64,000 bases of DNA from Diplonema japonicum (Eukaryota; Protista; Euglenozoa: Diplonemea). Position numbers and translations under genes: made by a program. Positions 45,467 to 57,369 of the stretch are shown here, in pieces (the first letter of the stretch is position 1; every line of letters starts with the position of its first letter). The stretch covers positions 62,001 to 126,000 of the forward strand of contig OZ025680.1 of the NCBI GenBank assembly GCA_964019335.1. The letters run 5' to 3'. A model generated the notes under the pieces. The model worked only from the letters and a program-made list of their open reading frames with translations. It did not search any database and was not told the origin of the DNA.

Positions 45467-48400
45467 CTAAACAACGGTTGTGTGGTCCCCTTTGGTGGGT
45501 TCGCTATCCGAGAAGGCGGCCTTCGGCTTGCGCAGGAAGAAGTAGTAGACGAGGAAAGCAACGACAGCGACAACAACAAGAGAGCCGAACACGATTCCGA
45601 CGATGGCGCCCGTCGAGAGCGAGTCGCCCCCGTCGCCCCCCTGCTGGTCTTTCGGAGTAGGAAGCGGTGCCCTCTCGCCCACGGTCACGTCCTGCAGCTC
45701 CCCGCCCAGCCGGCCCTCGATCATTGCCTTGTTCGCCTGCAGCCTGTCTCGCACCGCCCCGTTGTCCATCTCAGAGGGGACCCTCAGGTCTGCCGTCACC
45801 GTGATGCTCTCCGCCGATCCTTGTTGTGTTGTTATTGCTGCACGCCCTGTCGAAGAGGCTCCCTCCTCACAGGTCACGCAGTACCCGCCCGTCGCCCTTA
45901 CCAGACACACGTTGAGGCAGCTCGCCCTCCCCCCCAGCAACAGCTGCAGCACGGGCATGAGGTCCCTGCTCCCCGCCACAGCCTTCCCCATGTCGCTCGA
46001 GGCGATGCGAAGACTGCCCGCACCCCCCTCAGCCCGGTCTCGGGGGAGAGAGTCACCGGCTCCTGCGTGGGAGGGACAGGTTCAGGTTCCGGCACCGGTT
46101 CCTGCGTGGGAGGAACAGGTTCAGGTTCCGGCACAGGTTCCTGCGTGGGAGAGACAGGTTTAGGTTCTGGCTCTGGCTCCTGCGTGGGAGGGACGGGTTC
46201 AGGTTCAGGTTCCGGCACAGGCTCCTGCGTGGGAGAGACGGGTTCAGGTTCCGGTTTCGGTTCCTGCGTGGGAGGGACAGGTTCAGGTTCTGGCTTCGGC
46301 TCCTGCGTGGGAGGGACGGGTTCAGGTTCCGGCACAGGCTCCTGCGTGGGAGGGACAGGTTTAGGTTCTGGCACAGGCTCCTGCGTGGGAGAAACGGGTT
46401 CAGGTTCAGGTTCAGGTTCAGGTTTCGGCTCCTGCGTGGGAAGGACGGGTTCGGGTTCCGATGTGGGTGCGGCGGTGACCGGGGGGTCTCTGCAGAAGTG
46501 CCTTGCCGTGAAGCCAGCTCCCCCCGTTCCGAGGTCGGAGGTGAAGTGCAGGTACAGGTCCCCGGTGCTGGCGAGAACAGTCGTCTCGTTCCCCGTCACC
46601 TCCCCCAGCCACGCCCCCTCCCGCCCATAAATCCCCACCTTGTCGAAACCGGGCTCCAACGAGGCCTCCAGCATCACCCGCGACTCGTGTCCAGCAGGGC
46701 ACCCCAGCCTCCAGCAGCGGCTCTTCAGAGCAAGCCTCTCATCTCCAGAATCAGCAGCAGCATGGTACTGTACAGTGCGGGAGTAGCTCTCAAAAGAGTG
46801 GTCACAGTTCCTGTCGTTCTTCCCCCACGCGATCGGGTTGCTCGGAACACTCAGCTCGACGCTCCTCTCCGGTACCTCCTCCCCACACAGCCAGCGCAGC
46901 TCGACCTTGCTGTCCACCGTCTTGTCAAAGGCCTCCTTCACCACAATGTCGCCCGTGTAGCCAGCGTGCACCGTCCCAGTCCCCGTGAATCTGTCCAGCG
47001 GGGTCCTCCCGTCAGCCTTGTACACCTCCACGTAGTCGTACCCAGCCTCAAGCTCCAGGTTCATCGTCAGCACCTTCACAGGCTTCTCGCAGGTTAGCCG
47101 GACACACCTCTCCCCCTGCAAGGTCCACCTGAAGGACCCGGCCTCACTGTTTTTGTCGGTGTACGAAAAGCAGTGCTCCTTCACCGGTATCACGGACGAG
47201 TAGTCGCACGTCCAGGAGAACGATGCGGCCGACCCCAGGGGGAGCGCGGCCTCCAGCGACACCGCCGCCTGTTGTGTCATCCTCACCGTGGAGTTTGCCG
47301 GACCGAGAGGCAACCCATCGCCGTCGCTGCTGCTGCGCTTCTTGACAGAAAGGGCCGACCCAGAAACGTGTGTAAGGGTCAAAGGCACGCTGTAGTCGCA
47401 GGTGAGGTCCCAGCAGTGCACAGGGCTGTCCTTCTCCACCACCACAAGCCCAGGTACCCTGCTTTGAGTGCATTTATAGTTCCAGCTCACCTGTGCCCAG
47501 CCGCCCCCGCTCTTCGTCATCAGCACTGCGTTCCTCATCACCTCCATGATCTGGTACTGGTAGCCGTTCCCTCCCACGATCCTGTAATTCTCCACCTGGT
47601 TCCCTGTGTGCACCTCGAAGCGCCCGTCGCCTTCTCTCAGGTCATAAGTCACATTGATGTACAGTCGTTCCGGCGGACTCAGCTTGATGTACCAGCAGGT
47701 TGTCGTCTCGTCCGTCTCGTTCGTGCTGAAGCTTCCGGACAACCCAGAGAGGCGTTGGCAGTTTCCCGAGGGTGACAGGGTTCTCGGAGCATCTGTCTCG
47801 GGAACCCCGCACGTCCAGTCCAAAGAGAAGGCCTCCCCGAGCCCGTAGGTCCCGATGTTCCGGATGTTTGAGGTCACCACCACGTCCCCCGTCAGGCTCA
47901 CCACAGCGTCGCGGACAAGGTTCGCCGCGTAGCTGCTGTTCGCCACCTGCACGAAGTCCCCCTGAGTCCCCAGAGTGAGGTTCAGCGTCACCGTCTGGTC
48001 GCATCGGATCGTCCAGCACTCATTCCCAGTCTCCTCCACGTCTTGGCGGGGATAGGTGAGCACACCAGCCGTCAGGTCCTGGCACTTGCACGACCAGTTG
48101 AGCGTCATCGCCTTCCGCGTCCTCCCCAACACCACAGAGTTCACGTTCGTCACGACAACCCTGGTCCCGCACTCAGCCGTCGCAAGAAGGTTCTCCTCTG
48201 TGTCGAGGAGCGGGGTGGAGTAGCCGCAGGTCATTTTGAAACCCGCGAACACAATCTTCTGCGAGGGGATGGGACACCGAAAGTGCCAGCAGTCCACGAC
48301 TACTGCATCCACTCTCTCAATCTGGAATGTGTTTGCCACCCCATCGTCGTCGTTGTTGTAGTCGACCGTGGTGCACGACCCCCACCGCCCGCAGCCCCAG

Positions 48401-50907
48401 TTCAGCACCGCGCTCCCGTGGACCACCACCTGCGTCCGGTTTGCGAGGTTCCTGCTTATGAAGGTGTCATGCACCCGGTCAACCGTCCCCGTCTCCAGGT
48501 CCAGCAAGGTCACAAAGCCCACGAGGTACGCCGCGGAGAAGAGGAACTCCCCGTCGCACCCCACTCGGAAGCAGTCGCCGTGCACCACCGAGGTTGGCGT
48601 CCCTGCCGGGAGCTCCGGACACGGGTCTGCAGGAAGGCAGTTGAACTCCAATTCGAAGGTGCTGAAGGGGCGTGTCTCGTAGACCACCTCAACCTCCAGG
48701 TTCCCGTTCGTGCTGACCCTGTCGGAGGATCCTTCCCCGAACCCCACCCTCTGCAGCAGCATCTGAGCCTCGTCCCTGATCTCGATGCTCTCGTTGTAGG
48801 CGATGTGCCACTTCGCGTTCACGACCTCAGACCTCCCCCCGCCCCCGCACTCCAGCAGGTACTTCACAGTCGACTTCGCCGTCGCCTTCCTCGTCACCAG
48901 CGATGTGGAGCTGACTGTCACCATGCGCCCCTCCTCGAACCCAGGGGGGGTGAAGGGAGCAGGTTCCGGGAGGGGGCTGTTTGTGCATGTCCAGCTGAAG
49001 CGGAACCCGCTCCCCTTCGGGTGGAACCCGGACCTGAAGCGGACCCTCAAGGATCTCTCGAAGGAGCGTGGAGGGGGAGCTGTCTGCCCACTCAGGTGCG
49101 TTGCAACCACCCACTCGCCGTCGTCCTTCTCCTCCTCCAGAGTCAGCAGGTCGCCGCCGCTGTTGTCCTCGCTCGTCACGTCCAGGTACTGCCACCTCAC
49201 CTCCATGTGCCGCGTGCTGCAGCTCAGTGTCCAGCACTCGTCTGCGAATGCGGGGTAGCGCCCGTTGTCCCCTGGGTAGCTCAGCACACCACCACCACCT
49301 TCTTCTTCGGATGAGGGAACCACTGCCGTGCACCTTGGACTCATCGGTGTCTTGCACTCCCAAGAGAACTCGAACTGGGCACCAACACTCCTCCTTCGGG
49401 AAAAGACCATCATCGCAGCACCAGCACCAGCACCAGCACCGCCACCACTGCCGGAGACAACCAAAGGGTGCCCAGGGGAGGTGTCCCCCTCCCACGCAGG
49501 CTCCCGCCAGAAGTTGTCCAAATGTTGCAGCCTTGCGAGGTTCATACCGTCGCTCGGCTCGACAGAACCCATCGTGACGTGGAGCTCCTCCCCGACCGTT
49601 GGGCAGAGCATCACCCAGCACTTCGACTCGAATCGAGTGGTCTTGTAGGACACGGTACCTGTTGTCGAGGTGCTAGGGACGACGCTGCCCCCACAGATGC
49701 CCGTCCCCAGGAACTGAGCCCCGTCTCCCGGGGTCGTCGACTGGCTCTCGTCGCACCGCATGAACAGCGCCTTGTTCGGGGTTGCCTTCACCAGCACTCC
49801 CTCCAGAGCCGACTCCAGCAGCCACACCTTCACGTCCAACGGGGATGCTGCAGGGTTCCCGCTCAAGAAGGCGGCCGCTGCCCCCGCCGCGTAGCCGGCC
49901 GCCGCAGAGGACCCAGACTTCGTCACCCCGCCGTCCAGATCGTCTGCAGAGGCCCCCAGAACCCCCTCACCAGGCGCGAAGAGGTCAGCGTACAGCACAG
50001 AGCTGGTGGTCTCCCCCTCCTTGTTGTGGGCCCCGACAGAGATCACCTCGTCCACCCTTTTGGAGAGAGAGCTCCCCCTGGTGTTCCCGGCTGAGGTCAC
50101 CACCGCTATCCCGAGCTCAATGAGGGCGCGAACCGCCATGTGCACCGCCTTCGAGTCGCTGGGGTCAAAGGCCATCACCACGAGGGAGGGGGGCTGTCCC
50201 ATCTTCTTGCTGGTGACAGCAACCTGCGTCAACACCTCCACCACCCTGCTGCCCAACACGGTCCCAGAGGAGGAAACCACCTTCGTCGACATCACAGTGG
50301 CCCGCCTCGCCACGCCGTAGGTGCTTCCCGCGACAAGGCTCGCGACGTAGGTCCCGTGGCCGTTGTCGTCTCTCAGAAGTTCATTGCCAACCACCCCTTG
50401 GTAGCCCAACCCGTTGTGGCAGCGCCCCTTCAGCTCCCTGTGCCCGCACTCCACTCCGGTGTCGAGGACGAACACGTAGACCCCTTCTCCCCAGTCAGAG
50501 TTGTGCTTGAAGGATTGTTGGCTTCCGGTGGTGTTGGTGCTGTCGTCGCCGCTTGCCTCCCAGTCCTGCCTGTGTGTGAGCCTGCTGAGACCCCAGAGCC
50601 CTTCCGCCCCAGCAGCCTCCTCGACACAGCCCCCAGGCATCGCGTGCAGCACGTCTTCGTGGACAACATCACGCTCCACAGCCACCCTCCCCTCGAGGAA
50701 CTGTTCAAGCTGCTCCACCTCCCTCTCGCTCACCCCTTTGCAATGCACCGCACTGAAGCCCCCGAACTTGAAGGCCGCACTGCTGGTCCCGCACACATGG
50801 TGCACCTCCCGCACGTCCGCCTCCGTGCTGTTCCTGTGCATGGTAACGAGGTATCCCGCGTCGCTCAGCACCCCTGCGCACAGCAAGGGGAGAAGCAAGG
50901 CTCCCAT
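45467..50907 (-). CDS. Subtilisin-CUB copy 2, with expanded PE/PTQEP stalk and a 1-bp frameshift near 46009 before the TM segment
   Basis: Near-identical to 35276-40381; copy 1 reads GATGCGGAAGAC where copy 2 reads GATGCGAAGAC. The TM-bearing end lies in ORF 45467-45991. Confidence 0.85.
46058..46457 (-). repeat. Coding minisatellite, ~10 units of 36-48 nt (EPEPV[P/S]PTQEP)
   Basis: TCCTGCGTGGGA recurs about 10 times; single unit in copy 1. Confidence 0.9.
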
Positions 50908-51591
50908 TGTTCTTGTTTTTTTTTCTTTTTTTTTTTTCGAGTAAACTGTTGAAAAAGTAAAGCAATGTGAAGTGAGTGCCAAGGAGAGAATAGCAGAAAG
51001 AAGAGAGAGAAAGAGAGGGAGAAGCAACGATCGCTTTTAAGTTCTTAGAAAACAAAAAAAAAGGGTAGATATCTTCTCGAAATTATCGACGAAGAAATCT
51101 TAAAACAGAAAACGGGTGTTTGAAGTAGTCCCCCCCCCCACACACACACACACACCCCTCCTTCATGGATCAGTACCCTCGAAAGAGCCACATGAAGGGG
51201 TGTTCTTCTGGGGAGAAGGGACAACTCTGGGCAGAAAACAAACAGAATCGAGAGAGGGAAAAAGCATAAGAAACACAATTTCTTTCAATCAGCAGTAGTA
51301 AGAAGAAAAAACAATTGTGTTCTTTTCTTTTTCTTTCTCCCGTGTTCAACAAAAGAAGAAGAGAATTCACTGCGATGGGCGAGTGTTAGCAACGACGCCC
51401 ATCCAAAGAAAAAGAAAGGAGGGAATATATAAGAGAGACTGGGGTCCCTGATCCGGGAACCCCTCATCCTTTTCCCCTTTTTTTGAAAATACCCATTCCC
51501 CTGCTGCTGCTGGGGTGGTGGGAATAAAATTCACTATGATAGGAACGAAGTGGTTAGCAACGGCCCGCCAATAAAAAGAAAGAAAAAAAAA

Positions 51592-51634
51592 GGTGTCTTT
51601 GAAGGGAACCTGCAGTATGTGACAGGATCGCCTT
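51592..51634. repeat. Hairpin element, type A (copy 3 of 6)
   Basis: GGTGTCTTTGAAGGGAACCTGCAGTATGTGACAGGATCGCCTT between A-tracts. Confidence 0.85.
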
Positions 51635-51754
51635 AAAAAAAACACAGTCCCTTTTGAGACACAGGACGGAGGTGTTCGCTGCTCCGTGGTAAAAAGAGAG
51701 AAGGGGGGGGGGGGGAAATCTTTTGCTTGTTCTTTTTCTTTTTCTCCTGCTCTA

Positions 51755-52391
51755 TCACTCTCTTGTCTCCCTCCTCACAATTCTCATGGGAAGCTCTGCG
51801 GTGGTTGCGAAGATGATCCTCCCGCAGAGGGCGAGGCAGTCCCTCCCGTTGCACTGCTGGTGGCAGCCATCGTGCGCGACGTCGAAGCACTCCTCGTCTG
51901 CCCCGCAGGTGGTGGGGTGGATCCCACCGCAGGCCTGCCCAGTTGTCTTCGCGCACACCCCGAGGCAGTCCGCTCCCCCGCAGTCCGGGCTGCACTCCTT
52001 CCTGTACATGCAGGTCTCCCCAGTCCCGCACTGCAGCCCTGCAAACCCCCCGCACTCCTTCTCCACCTTCACCTCGAAGCACTTCCCCAGGCAGTCCCTC
52101 CCGTTGCACCCTGCGTTGCACCCGTCAGCCACAGTGTCCACTCACATCTCCTCTCCCTTGCACTTCAGCCCAGCGATCCCCCCGCACTCCCCGTACTTCC
52201 TCTTCGCACAGATCCCTCCGCAGTCCGCTCCCCCGCACTCCTTCACACACCCCGTGTTCCGAGGGTCCGGGATGCACTCCAACCCAGAGGGGCAGCCAAG
52301 GCCCGCGATCCCCCCGCACTGCATCGGTTCCGCCGCTCCAACCACTGCCACCACAGCCATCATCAGACAACAATGCAAGACGGGAGCTCAT
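51755..52391 (-). pseudogene. Secreted Cys-rich protein with four CGG..GL.C...C...C..DC.G.C repeats; in-frame TGA at 52142-52144 and apparent leader frameshift
   Basis: ORFs 52142-52378 and 51755-52141 share a frame, split by a TGA where the other repeats have Cys. ATG 52391 (MSSRLALL) is out of frame with LMMAVVAVVGA. Confidence 0.65.
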
Positions 52392-53473
52392 TGTTTTGAG
52401 GAGTTCTTTTTGTTTTGCTTTTTTGTTGAGAATACGGTAAAAAGTAACCTTTTTGATTGTTGTTTGTTAATTTAATATTCATCTGGAGGTTTCGCCTGGG
52501 AGGGTGCATCTCTGAAGCCTACTTGTGGCACAAGGGCAAGTTTAGCCTGATTTTGCCTGGAGGCCCTACTAACTTGAGACTCCTCACCTCGTGTAGAAAA
52601 TGTAGGAAATTGGAAAAATTGAAAAAAAGAGGGTTGTTACTCTAAAGCGTGATGGAGGCGGCAGCAGGCGGTAAAAAGTTCCAGTCACACAAACGCAGAA
52701 TGAAACAAAAGATAGGTTAAGGGTGGGAAAAAAAAAAGGGAACTCATGAAAAAAAAAAAGCCGTTTTGGGTTGGGTGAAAAGAAAAAAAATAACCGAAAA
52801 AAAAGAAAGAAAAAAAAGAAAATCCCATGAATGAAGAAGAAGAATAAAAAAAAAAAAACATGAGGAGAACTCACGAAACATAAAAAAGGGGGCGAAGCAG
52901 CTTTAGGTCATTGCAGACCACAAGGCATTCTCCTCTTTTTTTTTTTTTTCTTTTGATTTTATATTGTTTTAGTTGTGTGGGCCTATCAGAATAAAAGGAA
53001 AAAGGTGGTGGTGGGGGTTACACTGCAAAGAAAAAAAAGAAAACAAGCTCCGAAACCCAGAAAACAGCTTTAGAAATACCTTTTTTTTTTCGATACTCAT
53101 TTCTCCCCCCTTTTTTTTTCCTTCTTGCGTCAACATATACATAAAAAAGGGCATTTCTTTTTTTTTTTTTTTAATACAAACTATACGAGGGTGCCCAATG
53201 TCCCACAAACACCACCTTTAAGTGGACTCCTCTAGAAAAAAAAAAAGAAAAAAAAGGAAATAAAAATCAGAATTTTTCCCTGCTGTCCGCACTGAAAAAC
53301 AGGGAAAACGTGGTTGACATGGGGGGAGGGGGTCGGATGAACAGAATGAAGAAAAAAAAAAAAGAAAAAAGAAAAAGAAAAAAAAGGTGAAGAGCACCAA
53401 AGGAGTGTGGAGGGACCGCGTGTACAAGTGATTTTCTTCTTCTTTTTTTTTTCTCCCTCTTTTCTCAACCAGC

Positions 53474-54345
53474 CTAGTGGTCACCCAGACCACGCTGGTA
53501 CTTACCGTAACGGGAGCCACCCTTGTACGCCTCGGGCCACACATCCTCGGGGTACAGAAGTGATTCGTCTGTGAGGAAGCCAGTGGGGTTCAGGACGTCA
53601 TCCGTGAGCTGTGTGTGTTGTTTAGGTTTTTTTCTTCCTTTTTCTTCCCCCCCATTATTACCTCAACATCCCCGTAGATGTCCTCAAGGAACTTTCTAGC
53701 ATCCTTGGGCTCAGGCGAGGCAGCGGTCGAGTAGCCCAGGGTCCACAGGATCTCCTTTGCCATTATTTCCACAGGTCCTTGGTCGATGATCGCAATCTGT
53801 GTTCTTGTGTCGTGTTCCCCCCCCCCCCCCCCCCCCCCCACACACACCTTGGTACCATCGTCATCGTAGTACACAGGGCCCCCGTTCAGGGAGATGTGCT
53901 TCCCGTCGATGTCGATGACAGGAGCGTCCATGATGGAGAACTGTTTCAGCACACGGTGCGGGTCGCTGATGTCTGCCTGCATCTGGAGCTGCACGATGTC
54001 GCAGTTGTCACCCACTTCCTTCACTCTCGCAAGGGTCATCTCGTCCGTGGCCCAGGCGTAGTGGTTCTTTAGCATCTGTAGTTGTGTTGTGTTGTGTTGT
54101 GTTGTGTTGTGCTGTGCTGTCCTTTCATACCTCTCTGATGTGCGGTCTCTTGATGATCGACCTGAACACCACCTCAAGCGAGTGGTTGTCCCATCCCTTC
54201 CCGAAGATCCCGCCCTGTTGTTGTGTGTTGTTGGTCAGCTTTAATTCTTTTTTTTTTTCGTTCACACCTCCGGGGCAGGGTTCATCTTCCTCTCCTTCCA
54301 GCTGCTCGCTGCTCGGAGCTGGCTGCTGAGCACGCGCTTCATCAT
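53474..54345 (-). CDS. Cytochrome c oxidase subunit V-like protein, copy 2 (5 exons)
   Basis: Exons match 12841-13700; differences I can see are intron tract lengths, one intron base and the stop codon (TAG vs TAA). Confidence 0.75.
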
Positions 54346-54463
54346 CTTGATATTCTCCCTCCTGAATGGGAAATAAAAAAAAAAGATTTTAAAAAAATAA
54401 TAATAATAAAAAGACATCAACTTGAATTAAAGATCTCTACTCCCTTCTTTGTTTTTTAAATGG

Positions 54464-55594
54464 TTACTTACACCCAATCGCGCTAGGGTCGGTGTACTTA
54501 AGAGTGGCATTGCTGCCAATGGGGGACTTAGGGGCAGGGTCAGTGTGTTGTTTGCCTTGGGCCCATGCAGACTCTCGGGAAGCATTCTTTTTGTGAAGGT
54601 CGTTGTAGTCTGCCTCGCTGCCGTTGGAGGAGTCGCTGTCAGTCGCGCTCCAATCGCTGCCCGCATCAGAAGAGGGCGGAGAAGCTGGTGCAGGTACTGA
54701 AGAAGATGCAACTGCCCGATATGTGTTGGTGTCGAAAATCTCTTCTACCTCGGCCGCGAGACTCCTGCCCGAGACTTCCTGCTGCCCAGTCCTTTCTTGC
54801 ACATTGGCACGGTAGTACTCAGTGTGCGGCTGAGGAGTGCCTCTTTTCTTCCTCGCCTCTTGGATCAAATCATCAAAATACTTCAGCTGTTTTTCTTGTT
54901 TCTCTCTTTCCTTGTTTCTGGCTGCCGTGCGTACCTCACGCTCTGCCTCAGGTCCGTCATTCACAAAGGCCACAGCCGCCTCCCTGTCAACGGCAGTGAC
55001 GGGTGTGTCATCAAGGCTGCACAAGTGGGGAAGGGCTGCGATCATCTTATTGCGATAACACGGGATGCTTCGAACTGCAGGGTTCCCCATGAGGCGGAGT
55101 GACAGGATTTGAGGGCATTGCACGAGGGTCGCGAACAAATCGTCGCCGGACTCGATGCTGTTGTGGGACAGGTCCAGTGTTGTGATGGTGGGGCGTGCTA
55201 GGAGGCCTTTCAGATCATTCTTTGTCCTGATGTTATTTTTTGAGAGGTTCAACTCCGACAGCACCTCGCACCCCTCCACACCTTCGACCGCCCGGATCAT
55301 GTTGTTCGAAAGGTCCAGTTTCCGCAGCTTCTTCAGATGCCCCAAATTTTCCATTTTGCAAACCATGTTCCGCGCCATGTAAAGGCACATCAGCTCCGTG
55401 TTGCGGTCCAATCCTTTTATCTCGTCGATGCAGTTCCCCTCCAGCCACAGCGCACGGGCGTTCACGAACTCCTCCAAACCTCCTATCTCGCAGAACCCCT
55501 TGCACTGAAGATACAGCTTCTCATTGAGATCGGGTGTCGAGTAGAACCCTGCCGCCTTGCAAAGACGGACCACCTCTGCATGCGTCATCTCCAT
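54464..55594 (-). CDS. DNAAF1: Dynein axonemal assembly factor 1 (LRRC50/ODA7-like) LRR protein
   Basis: MEMT....LCK..GFYSTPDLNEKLYLQCKGF, SDS22-type LRRs, LRRcap GNPAVRSIPCYR...LDDTPV..DR, G.EAE. Confidence 0.82.
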   Translation of the reverse strand: MEMTHAEVVRLCKAAGFYSTPDLNEKLYLQCKGFCEIGGLEEFVNARALWLEGNCIDEIKGLDRNTELMCLYMARNMVCKMENLGHLKKLRKLDLSNNMIRAVEGVEGCEVLSELNLSKNNIRTKNDLKGLLARPTITTLDLSHNSIESGDDLFATLVQCPQILSLRLMGNPAVRSIPCYRNKMIAALPHLCSLDDTPVTAVDREAAVAFVNDGPEAEREVRTAARNKEREKQEKQLKYFDDLIQEARKKRGTPQPHTEYYRANVQERTGQQEVSGRSLAAEVEEIFDTNTYRAVASSSVPAPASPPSSDAGSDWSATDSDSSNGSEADYNDLHKKNASRESAWAQGKQHTDPAPKSPIGSNATLKYTDPSAIGCK

Positions 55595-55600
55595 TTTCTG

Positions 55601-55631
<31 letters not shown>

Positions 55632-55757
55632 TTTGTGTCCTTTCTATTTGTTCTTCAAATTGAATGATGACAACGGATACAAATGGTGTTTTTTTTTTTT
55701 CTTTCTTTTCTTCTCTCCTCTCTTTTTCTTTTTTTTCATTTCTGCGGAAGCAGAATA

Positions 55758-55803
<46 letters not shown>

Positions 55804-55950
55804 GATAAAATTTCAGTGTGCATGGGGGTGCTCACTATTCAGCAAGAAATTCACACTAATCGGTCACCGTTCTGCGGTTGCTGTCTGGTGCACAACGTGC
55901 TGAGCATTTCTGGATGCGACCAAAGATGAAAAAGAAAAAAAAAAAAAAGA

Positions 55951-55994
55951 GGTGTCTTTGTAAAGGGAACCTGCAGTATATGACAGGATTGTTT
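55951..55994. repeat. Hairpin element, type A, diverged (copy 4 of 6)
   Basis: GGTGTCTTTGTAAAGGGAACCTGCAGTATATGACAGGATTGTTT after an A-tract. Confidence 0.8.
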
Positions 55995-56112
55995 AACGAC
56001 AGTCAACTCATCTAGTGTTTGATCCCTTCTGTCGTGGTAGTGCCCAACCCGTTGTAGTATCTATTCAGCTTGGGCAAAAAGAAAACGAAAAAAAAAAAAA
56101 AATGAAAAACCG

Positions 56113-56574
56113 CTATTGGGTTAACCGGCTGCACAGGTCGCAGTAATCGATGCAGCCGGCCGACGTTTTGGAACTTTCCACAAGCTGCTCGATTTCCTGG
56201 GGGTCGAAGAAGTCTGCTAGGGAACGGGTGAAGCTGGGGACAGCTGACTTCGGGACGATGCCGGTGCCCAAGGGGTCCCACACGTGAAACATTTTTTCCA
56301 GAGACGTAGCGCGGGTGGCAGAGGCCTTGTCCAGAGTCTCATTGACTGTCTCATGGTGGACTAGCATGTGGACAAACTCCTCGTAGCTCACATCAGTTTC
56401 GCCATCTTCACGTTTCTTCTCTTTAAAGCTTAACAGCAAGGGCACGCCTAGTTGTAACCCTAGTGATGACACGATGACATCCATGTGCCCTAACGGTATC
56501 CTCCCAGTGCCTTCGTCATATACAGCAAAAGCTTCCCTCAGCTCACCCACTTGCTGCTCTTCAAGTGTCGCCAT
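56113..56574 (-). CDS. Calmodulin/centrin-like EF-hand protein (degenerate loops)
   Basis: LEEQQVGELREAFAVYD..TGRI, VSYEEFV, FHVWDPLGTGIV, GCIDY; ATG after CACAG. Confidence 0.85.
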   Translation of the reverse strand: MATLEEQQVGELREAFAVYDEGTGRIPLGHMDVIVSSLGLQLGVPLLLSFKEKKREDGETDVSYEEFVHMLVHHETVNETLDKASATRATSLEKMFHVWDPLGTGIVPKSAVPSFTRSLADFFDPQEIEQLVESSKTSAGCIDYCDLCSRLTQ

Positions 56575-56954
56575 GGTCTTTCCTGTGGTGCGTGGGTGGG
56601 GTTCGGGGGGCAAACAATTTGAAGAAGTTTCACAATAAAAAAAAAAAAAAAAGATCTAGTGTGAATTTATGAAGAGTAAAAAAAAGGGGGGGGGCTGTCC
56701 CGTAGGAGGGGTTAAAAAAAACTTTTGATGAACATGAAATAGAGAAATAAAAAAGAATATCAAATAATAATAATAATAATAGGAAGAAGAAAAAAAAACG
56801 GGGCTGTGTCCCGGAGTATTCTCCATTAGAAGAAGAAGAAAGCAGGAGAAAAAAAAAAAAGCAGCTTTCTAAAAAGGAAAAGAATTTCACAATTTTTTTT
56901 TTTTTTTTTTTTTTTTTGCGAATCCTTTTCACACACCAACAAAAACAAAAAAAC

Positions 56955-57320
56955 AGCTATTTATTGCCAACAAATAATGAATCATTATTTAACTCGAGTT
57001 CCCTAATTTTTTGCATGAGGACCATGCGAGCCCTCGTGCAGAAAAAAAAAAAAGAAAAAAAAAAGAAGAAAAAAAACAGTAACAAGTGCTAAATAATGGC
57101 TCATTTGGCGGCAAGTAAGTCATTTTATTTCACTCTTCGTCATTTGAGTCACTCACTCTTCACTGCTTTCACTGCTGTTTTCCTCACACGGGTCAGCTTT
57201 TCTTTTTGGGGGGGATTTCCATAAAAAGTAATACGGGGGACTATTTCGCCATGGCATTTTTGGCACCCTTTTAACTAGTTAAATTATGGGGCTCCCCCTA
57301 GTGACGAAGGGTGAAATAAA
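56955..57320. mobile_element. Non-autonomous interspersed element, copy 2 (inverted, internally deleted)
   Basis: Reverse complement aligns with 6487-6590 and 6768-7040. Confidence 0.7.
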
Positions 57321-57321
57321 A

Positions 57322-57361
<40 letters not shown>

Positions 57362-57369
57362 TGTCAAAA

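Larger units (their letters stand above)
34189..52391. repeat. Tandem segmental duplication (unit 1 ~34189-41150; unit 2 ~42439-52391) of a subtilisin-CUB gene plus a Cys-rich gene
   Basis: Matching blocks: 34189-34420/42439-42630, 34840-34905/44943-45010, the CDS pair, 40381-40937/50907-51395, 40956-41062/52078-52199. Confidence 0.9.

Noticed and set aside
46058-46457. Regularly spaced TCCTGCGTGGGA repeats resembling a CRISPR array
   Set aside because: Spacers are themselves repetitive, units are codon multiples inside a CDS, and there are no cas genes.
35291-50952. Long plus-strand ORFs (e.g. 35291-37345, 37421-38788, 48043-49314; also 4948-5937, 14023-14895)
   Set aside because: Antisense shadows of GC3-rich minus-strand genes; no motifs of their own.
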